This document shows, piece after piece, positions 40,959-54,859 of a stretch of 64,000 bases of DNA. Where the stretch lies: contig OX597815.1 in the NCBI GenBank assembly GCA_951406725.2, positions 48,918,001-48,982,000 of the forward strand, read 5' to 3'. The position numbers and the translations under genes were made by a program. Below the pieces are notes generated by a model. That model saw nothing but the letters and a program-made list of their open reading frames with translations. It did no database searches and had not been told where the DNA came from. This DNA is from Octopus vulgaris (taxonomy: Eukaryota). Numbering within the stretch: the first letter of the stretch is position 1; each line of letters begins with the position of its first letter.

Positions 40959-41175
40959 AAGGCAGTGAGCTGACAGAATCGTTAGCACGTCGGGCAAAAT
41001 TTTTGGCGGCATTTCGTCCGTCTTCGCGTTCTGAGTTCAAATTCTGCAGAGGTCGACTTTGCTTTTCATCTTTCCGGGATCGATGAAATAAGGACCAGTT
41101 GAGCACTGGGGTTGATGTAATCGACTTACTCCCTACCCCGAAATTGCTGACCTTGTACCAAAATCTGAAACCAGT
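40959..41175 (+). mobile_element. SINE family B copy
   Basis: ggcagtgagctgacagaatcg...gagttcaaattc...; tail ccaaaatctgaaacc. Confidence 0.85.
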
Positions 41176-41516
41176 ATTAAACTACACATTTATCAGCCAT
41201 TTATAGATGTTCTATTATAGCCTTCTAGTTAAATACAAGTTGCATGTTTATGAAAATGCAAAATGTATTAGTGTTCAATATATAGATGGTCCCTTATGGT
41301 TTGACATTCTTGCTTTGGTGCTAAAAAGGTCCTTCACTTCTATTCTAAGTAATCAGCCAGTATGCTAGAAAGAGTAACCAAATATCTTTTGATTTAAGCT
41401 CTACTGATTTAAAAAACAAAGGATATTCTTTCTTTTATGTGTTTCAGCCAGATAGCTGTGGTCATGCTGGAGCACCACCATGAAATATTAGACAATGAAA
41501 TGTAAAAAGGGTAAAA

Positions 41517-41854
41517 ACTCCCTTCGGTCATGAATAACCATGGGAGAGCTCCTAGAAAGTTACCTTTCGAGGCACAAGTTTGGGCAAAGCTGTTTATGGA
41601 AGACCAGCAGTCGCCCGTGGAACCCAGCACCACCACCATCACCACGTCACTGATGTTATCCAATCCAAGGCAAAAGCAAAAACCGATACAGCTTGGCATC
41701 AGTGACGTCTCAACTTCTACAGCTGAGTGAACCGAAGCAACGTAAAATAAAGTGTCTTGCTCAAGGACACAACGCACAGCCCGCTCCGAGAATCGAACAC
41801 ACGACCTCATGATTGTGAGCCCGACGCTCTAACCACTGAGACATGCGTCTTCAC
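41517..41854 (-). mobile_element. SINE family C copy
   Basis: Collinear with 3848-4185 and 54527-54859. Confidence 0.88.
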
Positions 41855-42860
41855 TACAATGAAAGGTAATATATGTAAAAATAAAATGGCGGAACGTTTT
41901 CTCTTATCAAAGGTTTGCTGGATGAAGGCTGACCTGTTCTAAGGAGAGTTTGCTATGTATCAATGGCAGTACCAATCCCCCAACCGTAAATGGCAGCAGT
42001 GATAACAGCTAGAATAACAAACACGACAACAACAGTTAGATCAGCAGTAATAATAATAATAATAATAATAAAGAAAACAAAAGCAAAAATGCAGCTGATG
42101 ATGATGATGATGACGACGACGACGACGGTGACGATGACGATGACGATGACGATGACGAGGAAACGGTGGAGGACAATGAGGATGATGATGATGATGAAGA
42201 CGATGATGAATTATGATGATGACGTTGATGACGACGACGACAACGCCAATGATGATGGTAGTGGTGGTGGCGGTGGTGGTGTGGTAGTGGTGATAGTGGT
42301 GGTGGCGGCAGCAGTGAAAATGCTGACTACAACGATGACGATGATGAAGCAGACGTGAAGAACGTTAAACAAGAAAAATAAAATAGCCAAGAAACAAAAG
42401 AGTAAAAAACAAAACAAAAAAACAAAACAAAACAAAATAAAAAGCCTAAAGAAGTAAGATAATGGAAGAAAAGACAATAAACTAGTAAATTACCAGAATG
42501 CCAAAGACGACTCACAGTTCCTTGGTTAAACACCCAATCAAAACTCCAAAATACAAATGACTTTTTTTGTATCTGATGGATGGTTTTCCAGTAGCCGATC
42601 CTTTTTGGAAAAGATGCTTTTCTTCAAGATATTCCTTAACCATACATGGTTTCTGGCATTGAAATTCGTTCTTACTATTGTTTCTTTCTTCTTCTCCCAC
42701 TTTTCTTTGTTTTTTGCTGGAGTTCTTTTCACATTTCTTCAGTTTCTTCTCTTTGTTTTTTTTTTGCATGGTATAGAAAATTTAAGGAGAAATATTATTG
42801 GGCAATATGAACGCTGGTGATGAGTGTGGTGATGGTGGTGGTGGTGGTGGTGGTGGAAAA

Positions 42861-43092
42861 GGCGGCGAGCTGGCAGAAACGTTAGCACGCCGGGCGAAAT
42901 GCGTAGCCGTATTTCGTCTGCCGTTACGTTCTGAGTTCAAATTCCGCCGATGTCGACTTTGCCTTTCATCCTTTCGGGGTCGATAAATTAGGTACCAGTT
43001 ACGCACTGGGGTCGATATAATCGACTTAATCCGTTTGTCTGTTTTTGTTTGTCCTTTCTGTGTTTAGCCCCTTGTGGGTAGTAAAAGAAATA
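42861..43092 (+). mobile_element. SINE family B full-length monomer inserted in (GGT)n
   Basis: ggcggcgagctggcagaaacg (A-box-like), gagttcaaattcc (B box), central domain and tail ending aaagaaata. Confidence 0.92.
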
Positions 43093-43499
43093 GGTGGTGG
43101 TGGTGGTGGTGGTGGTAGTGATGATGATGATGGCGGTGGTGACAGTAATAACGGAGGTGGTAATGGTGGTGATGGCCGTCGAGATCAATGTATATGTGTA
43201 CCGGCAAGCATAATTATGTATATACATCTATGTACACGTGTGCATGTGCATGTGTGTGTATGTGTGCATCTGTAAGTTGTGTCATGGCGCTGGTGCTATT
43301 AGTGGGGGACCATGTATGTATGTGTGCGTGTGTGTATGTGTGTTTGTGTCCGTGCACGCGCTTGTGCCTGTATGTGTGTGTGTACGTGTACACAGATCCC
43401 AAGTGCTGCCCTCTGCTAAAATACCCTAAGGGTAATTTAAAAACTGGTGTTCAGGAAGTGAAGTGAAAGGGGACCCAGACTTGGGTAAGGAACAATATA

Positions 43500-43571
<72 letters not shown>

Positions 43572-43597
43572 CGTGCGCGTGTGAATGTGTGTATATA

Positions 43598-43637
<40 letters not shown>

Positions 43638-43809
43638 CACAAATGCACGTGCATATATGCATACATAAATTCTTTCACATGCACACTCATACATGTGTGT
43701 GTGTATGTGGGTATAAATATCCATGCATAAACACACACACACACACGCATACATGCATATACACGCGAAACTATGCGCGCACACGTATGCATGCACCCCA
43801 CACACACAC

Positions 43810-43851
<42 letters not shown>

Positions 43852-43998
43852 ACTCGCAGATGTATACCTACACTATGTTAAGTGCTGTAGTTATTAACTA
43901 AAGAGGATGATTATTAATCACCCAGGATGTAGGAACTTTATTCATTATAGGTAGGTGAGTAGAAAAGGTAGCTTTTTTTGTTCATATGAAGGTATTAT

Positions 43999-44087
<89 letters not shown>

Positions 44088-45842
44088 AACACACACACAC
44101 ATACACACACATATATGTATATATGTGTGTTTTTGTATATATATATGTATATATATATACACTCACCCACAATACACACACGTTTGTAAGTATATATATA
44201 AATACATATGTTTATGTATGTATGTTTGTATGTATGTATGTTGGTGTGTGTTACTGCTTATTATAATTTTTATGGTTTTTTCCTGTCTTTGTGTATTTAT
44301 GAACATCAGTATGTGTGTATGCGTTTGTGTATGTGTGTGTGTGCTTGTGATAGTTGTTGCTATTGAGGTGGTGGTGGTGGTGATGGGATACGATTGTGTT
44401 TTAGTTGTTTAGTCTGTTTTTATTTCTTCGTATGGTTTCATGTGAGTCGTGGTGGCGAGGTGGTGCTGGTGGTTTCGAGTGTATTCAGTTGAAATTGTTA
44501 TGGATGTGGAGTTGTAGAAGTTAACACGCATGCGCATGTGCTCACACACGTGTGTGTGCTTTTGTATATGTGTGTATCTGTGTGTATAAAGTAAATGTGT
44601 GGCGGGAGCGGGAGTGAGCAGGGTGGTACCGAGTCTGTAAACATTTTTAACAAAAACGTATTTCTACGAACATATAATGCATTGTTTTTCACCCCAACTC
44701 CTCTCTTATTTCCCCCCACTGCACACGCCATCTGGCGGAATGAGGTTTCAAGTACTTCCTGTAAAATAGGGGGTACAACCAGACAGTACATGTGTGCGTC
44801 GGTAAGGTGGTGGGTATCCGTTTGTCGGAAGGGAAGCGTTGGGGGTAATAACAATGTAGATACCTGGGTATGGTAGAACATTGTTCTTCATTTTGGTTCT
44901 GGTTGATGGCAGTGGTGAAGGGAGTGGTAGTGGAGGTAGTGGTGACGGCGGTGGTGCCGGCAGTGCTGCTGGTGGTGGTGGTGCTAATGTTAACGGTGGT
45001 AATGGTAGTGCTGGTAGTAGTGGTGGTAAAAGTTGATAGTTTTTGTTTAACAATGATTGACAAGATATTCATTCAAAAGTAGTCAACCCTCAACCTCCGC
45101 CCCTCTCTATATATCTCTTTCTTTATCATATACACACACCGCCCCTCTCTCTATATCTCTTTCTTTATCACACACATACACACGCACATATTCTCTTTCT
45201 CTCTCTCTATTTTAGGCTTAACATATCTAGGACAAAAATGATAAATTTGCAAAATTATTGGTTCCCAATTTTATCTGACGTCATAGCACAATGAAAATCA
45301 AATAAGAATTATTGATGCAACTCGTCTTGAAAGTTAAAAGACGTCTTAAGGTCTAAAAGAACGCCTGAACGATACACGAAAGGAAAGAAGATTGTTATTT
45401 TAATTAAAAGCTTGTTCCATTGCGTATACTAGATTTTTAATCAACCGGACGGCTACACGCAATATCAGCGAATGTTTTATTCGATCTTTTCCTGCATCAA
45501 AGATAACGATTTACCGTCCGAGCATGTGGCTGGAGGCAGCCAGAACACGCCATTTAAAAGACCCCAAAAGGCCGAAATGCATCTGGCGCTCTCGCTGGCC
45601 GCTGCTGAGACGAATTTTCATCTTTGACATTTATTGTGTTTGTAAAACAGCAAATTCATTAGAGATGTTATCTCAGAACAAAATACTGTGATAACTGGCC
45701 TATCGATAGTGTATATGCATTAGATATAATGTATAAACCGCTATTGCTTACCTGGTCTTATTACCCCTACTAATTTTCTTTACAAAATTACGCCAGATTT
45801 TTTTCAAGCATTAGTATAGATTTTCTAAATATACAAATAATA

Positions 45843-46032
45843 CTGTTCTATATTTTAGAGATGAATAATTCTGTACATTATTTACATTATTTACATTAGA
45901 CAGATATGTGTCCTCATCTTGTTTGTTGTTACCATAACGTTTCGGCTGATCTACTCTCCAGCCTTCATCTGGTGCCATAGAAGAATTTTGGCCTCAACCC
46001 TGAGTTCTCATTCCTATGGTATTTTTTGCTGA

Positions 46033-46108
<76 letters not shown>

Positions 46109-46186
46109 TATTCAAGGTACTTCCTGGAATTGAACTCACAATCTTGTGGGTTAGTGGCCCGCGCTCTTAACCATTATGCTATATGC
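45843..46186 (-). mobile_element. tRNA-headed hammerhead element, simple full-length copy (copy 3)
   Basis: Reverse complement reads tRNA head, (AAT)n, taggaatgagaac, ggcaccagatgaaggctgg...cagccgaaacgtt, then the tail to aaatatagaacag. Confidence 0.8.
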
Positions 46187-46684
46187 TTAGCGGTATTTCG
46201 TCTGCCGTTACATTCAAATTCCGCCGAGGTTGACTTTACCTTTCATCCTTTCGGGGTTGATAAATTAAATACCAGTTGCATTCTGTGCGACTGGTTCCCT
46301 CCCCCAAAATTTCGGGCCTTGTGCCTAGAGTAGAAAAGAAATATACGAATATCTAATTAATATTTTTAAATCTTCGGCGCATCTTGACACCTTTTATGGA
46401 ACACCGAATGAGAATAACCCGTCAGAATTACTAAAGTCTTAGACAGAGTGCCTTGAGTAAATTGTTATAGATCAAATCCAAATCAGCAGGATTTCTACTA
46501 CTGATTTGAACTACCAAATGGTGATTCGGAAGTCAAAATCTGAACTTAAGTTCTGCTGAAGTCAACTTTGCTTTACATTATATCGAGGTTGATAAATAAA
46601 GTACCTGTCATACATTGGGATTCTCTCTCTATCCCACTTCTCCCTTTATATATTTATACGCACACATATATGTATATATAGTAA

Positions 46685-47060
46685 TAATCCTTTCTACTCT
46701 AGGAACAAGGCCTGAAATTTGGATTACATCGACTCTTGTGTTTCACTGGTACTTAATTTATCGAACTCGAAAAGATGAAAGGTAAAGTCAACCTCGGTGG
46801 AATTTTAACTCAGAACGTAGCGACGAGTGAAATACCTATTTCTTTACTACCCACAAGGGGCTAAACACAGAGAGGACAAACAAGGACAGACAAACGGATT
46901 AAGTCGATTATATCGACCCCAGTCCGTAACTTGTACTTAATTTATCGACCTCGAAAGGATAAGTCAACCTCGGCAGAATTTGAACTCGGAACGTAACGAC
47001 AGACGAAATACCGCTAAGCATTTCGCCCGGGGAGATAACGTTTCTGCCAGCTCGCCGCCT
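46685..47060 (-). mobile_element. SINE family B head-to-tail dimer
   Basis: Same junction gaaatacctatttcttt (about 46830) as near 21380. Confidence 0.88.
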
Positions 47061-47468
47061 TTCATAAAAAGTAATAATAAAAGCAGAAAATAGAATTGGC
47101 ATTTTAAGTCGTAAAAAACATACACGTAGTTAAGTAAACCATCTATCATTATTACGCAAGACGATTAGTCAGAATATATGATACAATCGATTCACTTCTT
47201 TTGCTATTATATTACGTATTGTAGCCAATTGTTTTGCGTGATATTGACAGTCGATTTAATGAAACACGTGTATGCTTTATCAATCTTGAAATATCAATTA
47301 CGTTTTCTCTGTTTATTTTTACTATAACATGGCTCAAATTCCAAAAGCTAGCCTAACTGGATTTTTGATGGTCTTCCACTAAATACGCTGGGTGGAGAAA
47401 TGGAATATATAATTACTAGTGAGCCTAATATTTGGTTACCAGCCTCGCCTCCTAGCATATTTCTATAC

Positions 47469-47522
<54 letters not shown>

Positions 47523-47877
47523 TGTGTGTGTGTATGTATGTGTGTGTGTGCAATCATGTATAGCTATACACTCATATATACATACATACACACATGCATG
47601 CACACACGAATATACATGCATACATACACTCTCTCTCACACACACAAATATATATGCATACGTATGTATGTATATATATATACACACACACTTTCATATA
47701 TAATTATATTTATAAACAAACACACACGTTTTAGAATATAGTATATAAATCAGTAATGGTTATGGTAGTGCCATTTTCATCATTGTGCACTTTGTTCATT
47801 ACATAAAGTGATGGTTAATTTTGATTGCATTTTGATATGCCTCTTGCGAATATACCTTTATCTCTCACCATGCAGAG

Positions 47878-47912
<35 letters not shown>

Positions 47913-48313
47913 TGTTTATGTGTACACACATACATACATACGAGTAGATTATGTACGTTTTATATGTTGTGTGTATGAATGTATGCGTTTTTTGTCTTAG
48001 TGTACAAGAGTATGTTTATTCACTCTTATAATCTGTTGCAACAGTCACTTGTTCTTACTACTTTGTTGCTGCTGCTACTGCTCTGCTGCTGCTTCCTATA
48101 CACACATATATACACACACATGTGTATACTCCCACACACACTCAGGCAGCTACCCACTGTCTGTTACACAGCAGGGGTTTACGAGAAAGACTCCACCCAA
48201 GACTTATCCACATTGTTCTCTCTAGTAGTCTACGCCATTATTCTGACATAGTGATATATATATATGTATGTATCTGGGTGCACACTGTGCGAAGGGTGTA
48301 TAGATAAGTAGGG

Positions 48314-48344
<31 letters not shown>

Positions 48345-48458
48345 CGATTCATGTGTGTGCTTGAAGTGTGTGTTAACGTTTGCTAATGAATGGATGCATA
48401 AGGTGGAACTTCGTGGCGGCTGTACTGTATACCGACATGCACACATACAAAGACATAG

Positions 48459-48499
<41 letters not shown>

Positions 48500-49304
48500 C
48501 ACATGCGCGCACGCATATACACACATGCATAGCTGGAAAGAAATTGAGAGTGAAGGACTATTAGATAGATAGACAGAAGCAGAGAGAGAAAGAGAGAGGG
48601 GTAGAAGAGGAGAGGGAAGGAAAGAGAGAAGGATCTACACACACACACACACACATATACATATATATATATATAGAGAGAGAGGGGATAGAAAGAGATA
48701 GAGAATCAGGCTGTGTGTGTGTATATGTGTGCGTGCGTGTGCGTGTTTTATGACAAATGTGTGCGTGTGTAATTGTTTATCTTTTGTGAAAGATTTGCAT
48801 ACGAATAATTTGACTGTGGTTTTGATAGTCATATACATGCACATACATCAATACACACACTCACACACACACACACACACACACACGTTTATTTGGTTAT
48901 ATATACATGCATAGGCGTTCGTATGCCTGTGTGTGTATGTGCATGTGTGCATGTGCGTTAGTAATTTGCAATGACTATGCATTAGTTAGAATACCCAGCC
49001 CTTACAGACATAAACGCATGTCTTTATACATAATGAAACATTGTTCTTCGGGACAAAGAGAAAAAAGACTTGCTTTGTTGTTGAAATCAGTTGTTCAGCT
49101 GACAAAGATATCACATCGTGAAGGAAGAGAGAAGAGAAGAATGACTATGTATGGACAATTGTGGCATAACCAATAACACTTCCAGACTCCAATTATTACT
49201 CTTATTTGAACCTATGATCTTCTGGCTTTAGATAAACTTCACCGAAATCTTGTGACATTCCTTTTCATTCCATCCCATGCAAAATATCCGACCACCAAAA
49301 TATT

Positions 49305-50420
<1,116 letters not shown>

Positions 50421-50966
50421 ATCAAGTGTGATTGTTTTTATCGTTTACTTTGTTTGATTGATTTGATGCCTGAGTATCCTCTCTTTATGGATGCAGCATG
50501 TGGGAAGTAAGGCTGAATAGTTAAGAAAAAGATTTAGATCATGTGGTCACTGGTTCGATCCAACTGCGTGGTGTTTTGGGCGGGTGTTTTTCTCTCTCTA
50601 GGTGGCAGTGTGAATAAGAAGCTTACTTCCCAGACATGCAGCTTTGGGTCCAGTCCTACTGTGTGGCACCGTGGACAAATCTCTTTGTGAACAAATTTGG
50701 TAAATGGAAACTATGTGGAAAACAACGGTGTGTGTGTGCGTGTGCGTATGTGTGGGCATGAGTGGAATTCTTGCAAGTTCAATAGATGAGCCGATCCATT
50801 GACTGGGCAGTTTAAACGCTCATCGTCGCGGGTAACGGAGATCCCTCTACACTACTTTCATGTCCTCTTATTTATTTCATAAATCCTATTATCCTTTTGT
50901 GTTTTATTATTTGTCTCCCATCCAATCCTAAATATCCAATCACCAAAGCGAGAGAGATGGAGAGAG

Positions 50967-51020
<54 letters not shown>

Positions 51021-51027
51021 TATATAT

Positions 51028-51735
51028 ATCGACCCCGAAAGGATGATAGGCAAGATCGACCTCGGTGGAATTTGAACTCAACGTACAGACGGACGAAATG
51101 ATACTAAGCATTTCGCCAGTAATGGTTTCAAATTTTAGCACAAGGTCAGCAAGTCCAGGCCAGGGTCTAAGTTGATTACATCGGCCCCAGAGCTCAACTG
51201 GTATATATTTCATCGACCCCGAAGGGATGAAAGGCAAAGTCGACCTCGGCGGAATTTGAACTCAGAACGTAAAAACGGACGAAATGCCGCTGAGCATTTC
51301 CCCCGCCGTGTTAACGATTCTTATTTCTTTATTGCCCACAAGGAGCTAAACATAGAGGGGACAAACAAGGACAGACAAACGCATTATATCGACCCCAGTG
51401 CGTAACTGGTACTTAATTTATCGACCCTGAAAGGATGAAAGGCAAAGTCGACCTCGGCGGAATTTGAACTCCGAACGTAACGGCAGAGGAAATGCCTATT
51501 TCTATTTCTTTACAACCCACAAGGAGTTAAACACAGAGAGGACAAACAAGGACAGACAAACGGATTAAGTCGATTATATCGACCCCAGTACGTAACTGGA
51601 ACTTATTTAATCGACCTCGAAAGGATGAAAGGCAAAGTCGACCTCGGCGGAATTTGAACTCCGAACGTAACGGCGGACGAAATACTGCTAAGTATTTCGC
51701 CCGGGGAGATAATGTTTCTGCCAGATCGCCGCCTT
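51028..51735 (-). mobile_element. Array of four SINE family B units
   Basis: Four consecutive atcgacc...aaggatga.aggcaa..tcgacctcgg.ggaatttgaactc blocks. Confidence 0.9.
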
Positions 51736-52241
51736 GCCAACAGTAATAATAATAACGAAGGAATTCCAAGTGAAGTTCCCGAAAGTAAGATGGGGATGTT
51801 AACTAGGCTTGTGTCAATAGAAAAAATGATGGAAGTCCTTCGGTGTAGTGGTGCATAGAAGGCTAGTTCAGAGAATCAGTGGCAGCTGTCGTAGTAAAAG
51901 GAGAGGCAGAGAGAGATTATTTTGATATGAAGTATCCCAGCTATATTCAATATGGTATTTGCTGCGTAAGGTACAGTATATTTTTTTCATTTTCTCACAA
52001 ACAAAACAAGGAATACAAATGCCTTGTGCTGTTTTGAGTCCTAAACTCCTAGTGGAGTCGTAGGAGCGCTATCTGACACGCAGCATGCCTTGAGCAATTT
52101 GAACCTTTCTTTCTTTGATTACAACCGATTTCCTCCAGAGAATGTGTGTGTGTGAAAGAGAAGGTGTGGGTGAGAAAGAGAAAGGGAGGGAAGGAGGGAG
52201 AGAGGATGTGAGAGAGAAAGGGACAGAGCAGAGATCAACTG

Positions 52242-52429
52242 CAGTTCTATATTTAAGAAATGAGGAATTATGTACATTATTTAGATTATTTACATTTGAC
52301 GGATATTTGTCCTCATCTTGTTTGTTCTTAACTCGACGTTTCGGCTGGTATACCCTCGGGCATATGGCGTAGTGGTTAAGAACGTAGCTACTAACGCCAA
52401 GAATCCGAGTTCGATTCCAGGCAGTGACA

Positions 52430-52487
<58 letters not shown>

Positions 52488-52635
52488 CATCGAAAAATAC
52501 CTTAGGAATGAGAACCCAGGTTCGAAATTTCTCCAAGACACCTGATGAAGGCTGGAGAGTATATCAGCCGAAACGTGTTAACAACAAACAAGATGAGGAC
52601 AAATATCCGTCGAATGTAAATAATGTAAATAATGT
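52242..52635 (+). mobile_element. tRNA-headed hammerhead element with inverted 3' end and 12-bp TSD (copy 2)
   Basis: TSD agagatcaactg at 52230-52241 and 52636-52647. Inverted tail 52242-52357, head from 52358, core CTGATGA...GAAAC at 52542-52574. Confidence 0.88.
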
Positions 52636-52994
52636 AGAGATCAACTGGTATTTAATTTATCGACCCCAGAGAGATTAAACGTACAGTCGACCTTGGCTAA
52701 TTTTGAACTCAGAACGTAAGGACGGACGAAATGCCGCTAAGCATTTTGTCAAGAGTGAAAGAGAAAAACAGTGAGAGAAAAAGAGATACATTAAGGAAGA
52801 GTGAATGTGACAGGGATACAGCGAGACAGTAAGGGAGAGAAAGAGAAAGTCAGAAAGAAAAATGGTGAAGAATCCACATTCGTATTTGGCTAGCACTTTA
52901 TTCATCGTCCCTGAAAAGATGAAAAGTGAAGTTCATTTCGACGGGATTTGAACTCAAAGCGCCAAGAAATTAAACAAATACTATGAAAACATGG

Positions 52995-53385
52995 TGGTCA
53001 ATTCCTCCTGTATGAAGAATTGTCCACAGGCACAAGAGCCTTTCGTTTCAAGGACGTCTGCAAGAGAAATATGAAGTCGTTTGATCTGGGCGTCATGAGA
53101 TGGGAGGGGGATCGCAAATGATCGCCAACGGAGGTAAATACTGGCAAAAGGAGTGGAAGAGAAGCCTGAACTTGCCACCAAAAAAAAAAAAAAGAAAGTG
53201 CACTCGACGGATGGAAAAGCCAGTAGTGCCAGCAGAGAGCTTCTTCAAATGCAGTCGCTCAATGCGAGAATGCCATTCCCGTGTGGGCCTCTAGAACCTT
53301 AGTGGACACTGTACCACTATCAACAGCTGACAATTTCTTTGGGCGCAGATCCATGACCTTTCGAGACCAATTGATGCCTACTACG
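52995..53385 (+). pseudogene. RTE-clade LINE 3' end (fossil ORF C-terminus and 3' UTR)
   Basis: QFLLYEELSTGTRA/RFKDVCKRNMKSFDL..RWE, then FKCSRSMRECHSRVGL (degenerate RTE C-terminal Zn motif). Ends ccatgacctttcgagacc...gatgcctactac. Confidence 0.8.
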
Positions 53386-54526
53386 AAAACGTAATATCGA
53401 CATTCTAATGATTCTGGGAAACCATCTATATTCACACATTACAATGCGACTTATTTGAAATATTAGCTATAATAATGATCAGTGTTGATTGAATATATTC
53501 AAATACTAATAATTTTATATAATTTTTTTAGTCATTTTGGTTGGTATTGGGTTAAATATCGCTTGTTTAATTCGGAAAATGGGAAATGGGATGCTCACTG
53601 GCTGTAGCGCTATTTAGCTTAGCATTACTTATGTGAACCAGACGATAGCAGAGACAGAATTTGCACGCATCGTGGTACCTTAAAATGTTTCCAGAGAGTC
53701 AGCAGCAATAATGTTCAGTTAACTATTGGTATCATCTTCTTTCCTTCCAAGACGACTATCGTCTCAAGAGCATCGGGCATTATCAAAATATCCCACAATA
53801 TGCCTTTATTTTTGATATCTCTAGTTGAATGTAGAGAGCCGGAAGAAATGCCGCTAAGCAATTTTTCCGGTGCTGTAACGATTCTGTCACCTTACCGTCT
53901 TAAGCTTTTATACAATGGTTTCAAATTTTGGTACTGGGTCAGCAGTTTTAGGGGCGGGGTCTGATCGATTAAATTGATCCCAATGCTCACCGAGTACTTA
54001 TTTTATCGCCCCTGAAAATATGACAGGCGCGGTCGATCTCGATGGAATTTGAACTCAGAACGTAAAAAGCAGGAAGATAACACTTTCATATAATTCATTG
54101 TACATAGGCACAAGTGAAAACTGGAGAGAAGCGGGTTGTCAAATACAAGGCTTCAGTGTTATTTCATTAACTTCCAAATAATAAAAGACAAAGTTGACCT
54201 TGGCGGAATTTAAACTCAGAACATTAAAGGCGGACAAATGCGCTAAGCATTTTGTCCAGCGCGCTAACGATTCTTCTTGTTCGTTGCATTTTAAAACTTA
54301 TAACAATCCTTTCTACTATAGGTACAAAGCGCAGAATTTTAGGGAAGGGGATAGTCAATTACATCGGCCCCATTGCTCAACTGGTACTTATTTTATCGAC
54401 CTTGAAGAGATGAATGATAAAGCCGAGCTCAGCGGAATTTGAACCTAGAACGTAAAGACGAAAGAAATGCTGCTAAGCATTTTGTCCGGTGTGCTAACGA
54501 TTCTGCCAGCTTGTTGCTTTGCTGAG

Positions 54527-54859
54527 ACCCCCTTCGGTCATGACTGACCGTGGGATTGCACCTAGAAAGCTGCCTTCCGAAGCACAAGTCCGGGCAAGGT
54601 TGTTTATGGAAGACTAGCAACCGCCCATGCATACCGGACTCCCCTCTTCACGCCACCAGTGTTATCCAAGGGAAAGGCAAAGGCCAATACTGCTTAGCAC
54701 CAGTGACGTCGCAACACATTTCTACAGCTGAGTGAACTGGAGCAACGTGAAATAAAGTGTCTTGCGCAAGAACACAACCCGCAGCCCGGTCCGTAATTCG
54801 AACTCACAACCTCACGATCGTAAACCCGACGCTCTAACCACTGAGTCATGCGCCTTCAC
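54527..54859 (-). mobile_element. SINE family C copy (best preserved)
   Basis: Reverse complement head gtgaaggcgcatgactcagtggttagagcg...gagttcgaatt. Confidence 0.9.

Noticed and set aside
41990-42358. Poly-Met/Thr/Asp ORF (similar ones at 55460-55710 and 63390-63660)
   Set aside because: Compound trinucleotide microsatellites.
51028-51735. Regularly repeated blocks resembling a CRISPR array
   Set aside because: Units are about 190-bp SINE copies with homologous rather than unique spacers; the context is eukaryotic and there are no cas genes.
52358-52430. Possible functional tRNA gene (also 11640 and 61588)
   Set aside because: A and B boxes are present but the acceptor stem is not complete, there is no oligo-T terminator, and each continues into a repeat body. 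These are SINE heads.
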